A stretch of DNA of 62,978 nt, counting the filler, from Vannella sp. (taxonomy: Eukaryota): NCBI GenBank assembly GCA_023345925.1. It is 9 parts of 9 records of this genome, joined end to end, with 100 filler letters (N's around TTAATTAATTAA, not from the genome) between each part and the next. Parts side by side here need not be neighbours in the genome. Positions count along the whole stretch, not along the records: positions 57,183 to 62,978 come from JAJQQN010000987.1; 8 more parts are not named here. The stretch is one strand, 5' to 3'. The translations under genes were made by a program, and so were the position numbers. Of the stretch, positions 57,611 through 62,978 are shown piece after piece; the stretch's first letter is position 1, and every line of letters begins with the position of its first letter. Below the pieces are notes generated by a model that did not search any database, was not told the origin of the DNA, and saw nothing but the letters and a program-made list of their open reading frames with translations.

Positions 57611-58139
57611 TTATTCTCGTTGAAGAAGCAAAAGGCCGAAGTAGAAGGCAGCAAGCTGTTCCTGATATCAGAATAATTGGGAGTGCATCATTACTTACCC
57701 AGAAGAGGAGATTGACAAAGGCCGAGGCGGAGGTTCCCCAATAGCTTTCCACAGCAACCCACACGATGGTAATCAAGTCTAAAACAACCATGACCCCGCA
57801 CAGGACGACGTACTGCGCTTCAGTGGTTAGTGGTCGCTGAACAAGAAAGGGGTCAATCCATGCTCACTGCAAGAAGGCCTTTGGAGTGACGCTTAAGGGC
57901 AGCAAGTATACCAAAGAGAGAGCATGTCATCGTAATAATGCCAATCACCAGAGCCCAGATCGCGCTCGCGTCGAGTTGGTCGAACGCAACACTGAAGACG
58001 ATGAGGCACCCGAGGATCTGGCTCCAGTGTGAGCCAGACTCCTTCAGAAGACAAAACCTACAAAGATAACGACAGAGAGCACCAGCGAGATGATGCGAAT
58101 GACCTCGTGGCTGAGACCCAGCAAGTTCAACTTTGCCAT
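57611..58139 (-). CDS. Small four-TM (tetraspanin-like) membrane protein, 3 introns
   Basis: Spliced MAKLNLL...IISLVLSVVIF|ILGCLIVF...LFGILAALKRHSKGLLA|YVVLCGVMVVLDL...LLFW|EQLAAFYFGLLLLQRE*. Confidence 0.6.
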
Positions 58140-58184
58140 GGTCAGAAGAATGGAGGTCAAGGCCAATGATTATCATAATGATTA

Positions 58185-61100
58185 TTATTGGAGAACTTCC
58201 CGTTGGAAGATTTCCTTAAAAAGGCGAGGAAGCATGTCTGTGGTGAGAGAAGCGTGGCCGACTCCTTTGGGCAATCTGTACAGTTTGATTGTCAGTCTGA
58301 TCCTGATCTCAATGTGTTGATGTTACACACTTGGAGATGATGTAATCCGCTTCGTCCCAGAAACTGGCAATGAAGAACGCGTGCGCGGTGACTCCAGGGT
58401 GGGCCGTTAATACCGATCCCAGTCTTTCTGGTGGGATGCCGTAGCGTTCCTACAGTCTATGTCAGCATATGGAGGAGAGTGGTATGATCACACACAAAGT
58501 TGGCATCAGAGAAGAGGAAGACAAACTTGAAGTTGTCTGAATCAATTTTAGCCATTTTGTTGACCGCGTTCTTGGCTGCTTCCACGGTGTGGTCACCACT
58601 TTGACAATATTGGGAGAAAGAGACCATTCTTAAAAGTACCTTGTACCTCTCTTTCCGGTTCTGAGGAGGGCGATCATAATCCACAAGAAGATGACGGGCA
58701 CTGTCTCCAGAATGTCCAGTGATACTGTACGAGAGGCGCTCTTCAAAGCCTGTAAGACTTTCCATGATAATTACAGCAATCTCAAGCATTCTTTCAAGAC
58801 GGTGATCATGTCCATTGAAGCGATACATGCTGCCGCTCACATCCAATACAAAGTGCAGATGTTTCTTGCTCTTATTCGAGGACTTCCAGTGAGAAGTTGG
58901 GGATTCCACACGAAGCTTGTAAACATTCCTATTCCACCGATGAGATTCAGATTCTAAAGGAAGTGAATGAATGACTCACTTGTCACCGGCAAGGGCATCG
59001 ACCAGCTTAGTATCGTCAAGATCCCCAGAGCTCTTGTTGTGCACCCAAACCCTTTCCTTTCCTTTACTTTTCATTGCCTCCATTATCATTCGAAGCTGGT
59101 CCACCTCAGTGCGGACACTGTGAAGATATTGTTCATATTGATGGGCATCTCTTGTGTCCATGTCAATCTCTACCAGTCTCTTGCGGAGCGCTTCTTCTCC
59201 CATCTTCCGGGCCGCATCAAGGGATTCCTTTGAGATGGCTCGCTTCTCCTGTTCGGAGATCTGGTGGACAGTGTGTCCCTTGTCCAAACGATATGGTCCT
59301 CCTTTCCCTCCCAGTCCAGCAGTGTCCGCACCACCTGTTCCTCCTGCCCAAGTGTTACCACCCACATGGGGTTGATTATCAGGATCCTCTTTCCCGTGTT
59401 TAGGAGAGGATGCTTCTCTCTTGCCATCGTAATCCACCCACATTCGGAGCTCCTCCGCTTTGCTTGAGAGCTGATTGACTACTTCTCTTGCTCCAACATC
59501 GAGTATACTCCTATCCACAGGGATTCCATACTGCAGGAATGCCTTCACAATGTAGTTCTTGGCCTGAGAGTCGAGGGCATCAAAGGCGAGAACATTACTC
59601 AGTGCGTGGGAGATTGAGTCTTCGGGGAACTTTGCAAGATGTTTTGCTACGCTCACACACTCACGAGTTGAATAGGGATACGCAGTAATCCCATGTTCCG
59701 CATAGGAACGGAGCTCATCAAATGCATTAACAATGGCTTGCAGAGTTTCGTGATTGACTTGTGGTGCATAGTTCTTTAGAATCTCCAACTGGGACTCTTT
59801 GCTAGGATTGGAGACTGGATGGCAACTGAATAACTCACCACATTCTGCGTAAAAGTCGTTTCCTTGGAACGGCCAGTTCGGTTTGTTAGCTAAGACAATC
59901 ATTCGGAAGTTCTGGTGGATTGGAATCAGCCGGGGGTCATTGGGACTCTTCTTCGAAATAGCTGAGAACTGCTTGACAACTTGTCGGCCATCTGGAAGCA
60001 CTAACTCTCCATCAATCAATCCTTTCAGGATGCAAACAACCTCGCGAGGGGCCTTATCAGCCTCATCAACCACAAGAACTTGCCCTTCACGCAAGGCAGT
60101 AATAAGGGGAGAGTCCTCTAGATGAAGACCACCATCCCGAAGAGTGTTTTGTGATGTCAGAGACTGAACAGTCACATCGCGGTGCAGTTGTACATACTGG
60201 CGAGGAAGATTAAGCTTCTGTAGAAGGTGGTCACAGAGCTTATTCTTCCCAACGCCCTGGTTGCCAATGAGGAGGACGTGTTGCCCAAGAGCTAACTCAG
60301 CGCTGAGGGATTGGAGAACCTCTAGTTGAGTAGCGTTATCATAAAACACGACGCTAGGAATGAGATGGACAGTGCTAGGGTCTGTGGGATTAGAGGCTCT
60401 TTCCAAATGGAACCGATCTGGAAGTTGTTTGCCCAAATCAAAAGACACTACTTGGGATTGGACTTGATTGGGAAGACCAATGGAGGATAGAAGGCTAAGG
60501 AAATCCGTTCGCGCAGATTCGGGAGCAAATGAGGCAAGACAAGAGCTCATCAGTGACTTGCAAAGCTCAGAATTGCGATCTTCAGGGGTGGAATGGAGCA
60601 TGACTTTCTGCAGAACCCTGTGGATTTCTCGAAAGCCAAAGTTCATGTTAAGATGAGCTTCAGAGCTCCTTAGCCGCTGACTCAGATGAACCAGCTTTTC
60701 GACAAGCTGAAGATCGCAACCAGGTACAAGAGTACTTAGCACCGTTTGGGCACTTTCTGTGGTAAGAGGAGAGATTTCATGATAGTGAAAGAGTTCTAAA
60801 TGATCATCTGACAGAGAGACGGGAAGAGAGGTTGCAATGATGCGGAAAGATGGGTGAATCCCAATAATACCGCGCTCTCTAAGCTGCTCATCTGTCAATC
60901 CAAGACTACTTTTGAGTTCTTCAAACCTTGAAGAGCTCACAAGACGCTCCCCGTTGAAGAGGGAAACTTCTCGGTCTTGAATCAAAGAGGCCAATGTAGT
61001 TAGTGTGGTGGGAGGCAATCGGTCAATGTTGTCCAGAATAGCAATGTGGCCTTCCATAGCTGCCCGCAAGAGAGGCGAGTATTCCCATGAAGTATCCTGA

Positions 61101-62664
61101 GCTCCTGAATGGAGTGATGGCTTTGTGACCCGCCTGAGAAGGAGATCTCTTGAGGTCATATCTCTGAATAGGAGCATTCCTTCCGTCCTGTAGCCCAATC
61201 GACGGGCAAACTCTTGAATAAGGACTGTCTTTCCAGAAGACTTACTGCCCACTAGGCAAAAGTCTTGTCCCAGGGAGTGATCATGAATCATCGCCGAAAT
61301 AGTGTTCTCACAGTCAGGTGTGGGAACGTATTCTGCGACAGAGGTATTCAGGCTGTTCTCCTCCGAAAGAGTCTCACATCCAGTAGAGACACTCCATTGG
61401 GAAGTTTCATCTCCTAAACGCACTGATACTAAAGCTTGGTGGGAGCCTGAGGACTCAATGTGAGTGACCTTGAGGGTGTGAGAGCCTTCAGATTGTGCCT
61501 GAAAGTGAAATCTTTGGAGTAGACTGTGAACAGGCGAGCGACGCCCAGTTTCGGGTTGAAGCATACGGTACGGATAGGTTCGAGAGAAAAGGTTCTGAAG
61601 CCTTCCGGATACTTGAGCCACTGTTTCCTTCTCCAGCGTTGGAATAAGAGGAGAGAGGGACTCTGCCCCACGAAGGAAGGACATAGTGCGAGCCATTGGG
61701 ATGTTCTGAGGTGGTTTAATCAGGTCCCGGAAAAGATCTGCTGTCAAGTCAGTATCCAAGAGACAGACAAGTCCGGTACGAACCTCCTTCTGCAGAGGCC
61801 AAGGCATCAACGACTTTGACATAGTTCTTCATAACAATAGGACTGGATGAAGAGAGCTGGGGAGCTTCCTCTCGGCTCAACTGAAGTAGGGAGCCAACTG
61901 ATAAAGAAGGGAAGTATCTCGCTTGGAATCTGGATCGTAGAGGGGGATCCAACGTACTGGCTTTGCGACCGTTTGTCTTCATTAGGCCTATCACACGAAA
62001 GTCAGGATGGACGTGGACAACGTTGCCTTGGTGAGCTGAGCTGGTTTTCATCAGAGAATGAGCCCGATGGGGAGGAAGAAGGAGTCTACCATCCTCAAGA
62101 GTGATCTCTCTGTTCTCCAATAGGTTGTTTAGAAGAGGTAAAATGTTCCTTTCTACCCGATCAACGCCCTCGAGGACGAGAATGCGTCCATAAATGGCTG
62201 CGCGGACTGCCGCTTGGTCTACGAAGACAGAAGAGTTGGCCCTCAGCTCCCTTCGTTGTCGCAGATCCTCATGAGCAGTGTCTTGGCTCAAGCTAACATG
62301 CTCTGCCTCCTTTCCGCTCAAGCGAATCCACTCCTTGACACATCGGCGCATCTCTCCCATGTTCTCTGTTCCTTTGTGAGGGTGGGGAGCTGGAGCAGGT
62401 CTTCCTCGACCTACCTCCCATCAAGATAGAGTCTTGGCCGAGTTGATCCTTCTGGATCAGCCAGCGAAGATGCGATCGAGCCTCTGTTGTCTTCAAGAAG
62501 GGATCCGCGCTGCGTCCGGGGACCAATTCCTCCCTCTCTGGGACTCCAATCTCCTGTGAGACGTCTCCAATACCAAAGCGAATGGGTCTATTCGTCCCTT
62601 TGCTCCTGACAGAGCGAGCAGCTACCCACACAGTCATTGAACGCCTCCAGGAAGCCCGCCACAT
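58185..62664 (-). CDS. VWA8: VWA8-like AAA+ ATPase / von Willebrand factor A domain protein, spliced
   Basis: HLRWLIQKDQLGQD, NNLLENREITLEDGR, Walker A motifs GSKSSGKT and GNQGVGKN, the hallmark PHVGGNTWAGGTGGADTAGLGGKGGPYRLD, and VWA LDVSGSMYRFNG. Confidence 0.92.
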
Positions 62665-62978
62665 CCTCCCGCTGGCGCGCTCACCAAAGAATGGCCATTT
62701 TCATTTTCATCAACCCCCAAGGATGACTTTGGAAGAGCGCATGGAGGTGCCCATCAACTTGTGGGATGGTTTAAGTCTTCAACAGAACCGTTCGGAACAC
62801 CGATCGTCCCCTCTTCAGAATAGAGCAGTCTCCTGTTGGGCTTCCTTTCAGCAAGACCTTTCAAGTGCTATTCAAAGAGCAGAATCAGTCTTCAAGAAAC
62901 TTTCTGTGAAGGAGGACTCAAAAGAACGAAAGGGCGGGCGGAACCCAAATTGCGGCCAGTTCCTCGAGAAAGTGAATT

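Overview
This window is eukaryotic, not prokaryotic. It holds nine unrelated contigs (1-11094, 11195-15657, 15758-21912, 22013-28838, 28939-33295, 33396-40184, 40285-48682, 48783-57082, 57183-62978) joined by artificial 100-bp spacers (44 N + TTAATTAATTAA + 44 N). The genome is compact, with short spliceosomal introns (mostly ~45-100 nt). Gene content suggests a protist, probably amoebozoan-like (inference). Recognisable genes are TRAPPC11, two importin-beta (IPO5/Kap121-like) paralogs, methylcrotonyl-CoA carboxylase alpha, an SDR, a MyTH4 myosin, a HAD hydrolase, MCM6, a PTEN-C2-PH-C2-propeller protein, a rhomboid, a DHHC-family (DQHC) acyltransferase, an F-box RasGEF, a DEP-RCC1-kinase, PA200/Blm10 and VWA8. 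Main findings: (1) a surface receptor built from eleven symmetric 69-bp one-LRR-per-exon cassettes with hypervariable binding-face residues, joined to a GPS/GAIN autoproteolysis motif and a single TM helix, with a second GPS-1TM family member on another contig; (2) U12-type AT-AC minor introns in both importin paralogs; (3) a dispersed ~120-bp element with an inverted-repeat stem around a TATAAAA core; (4) a stand-alone 'GARALSKH...GFLEP' domain gene resembling bacterial toxin tips; (5) a giant secreted repeat protein with a frame break. All family assignments come from motif recognition by eye; no database searches were run.
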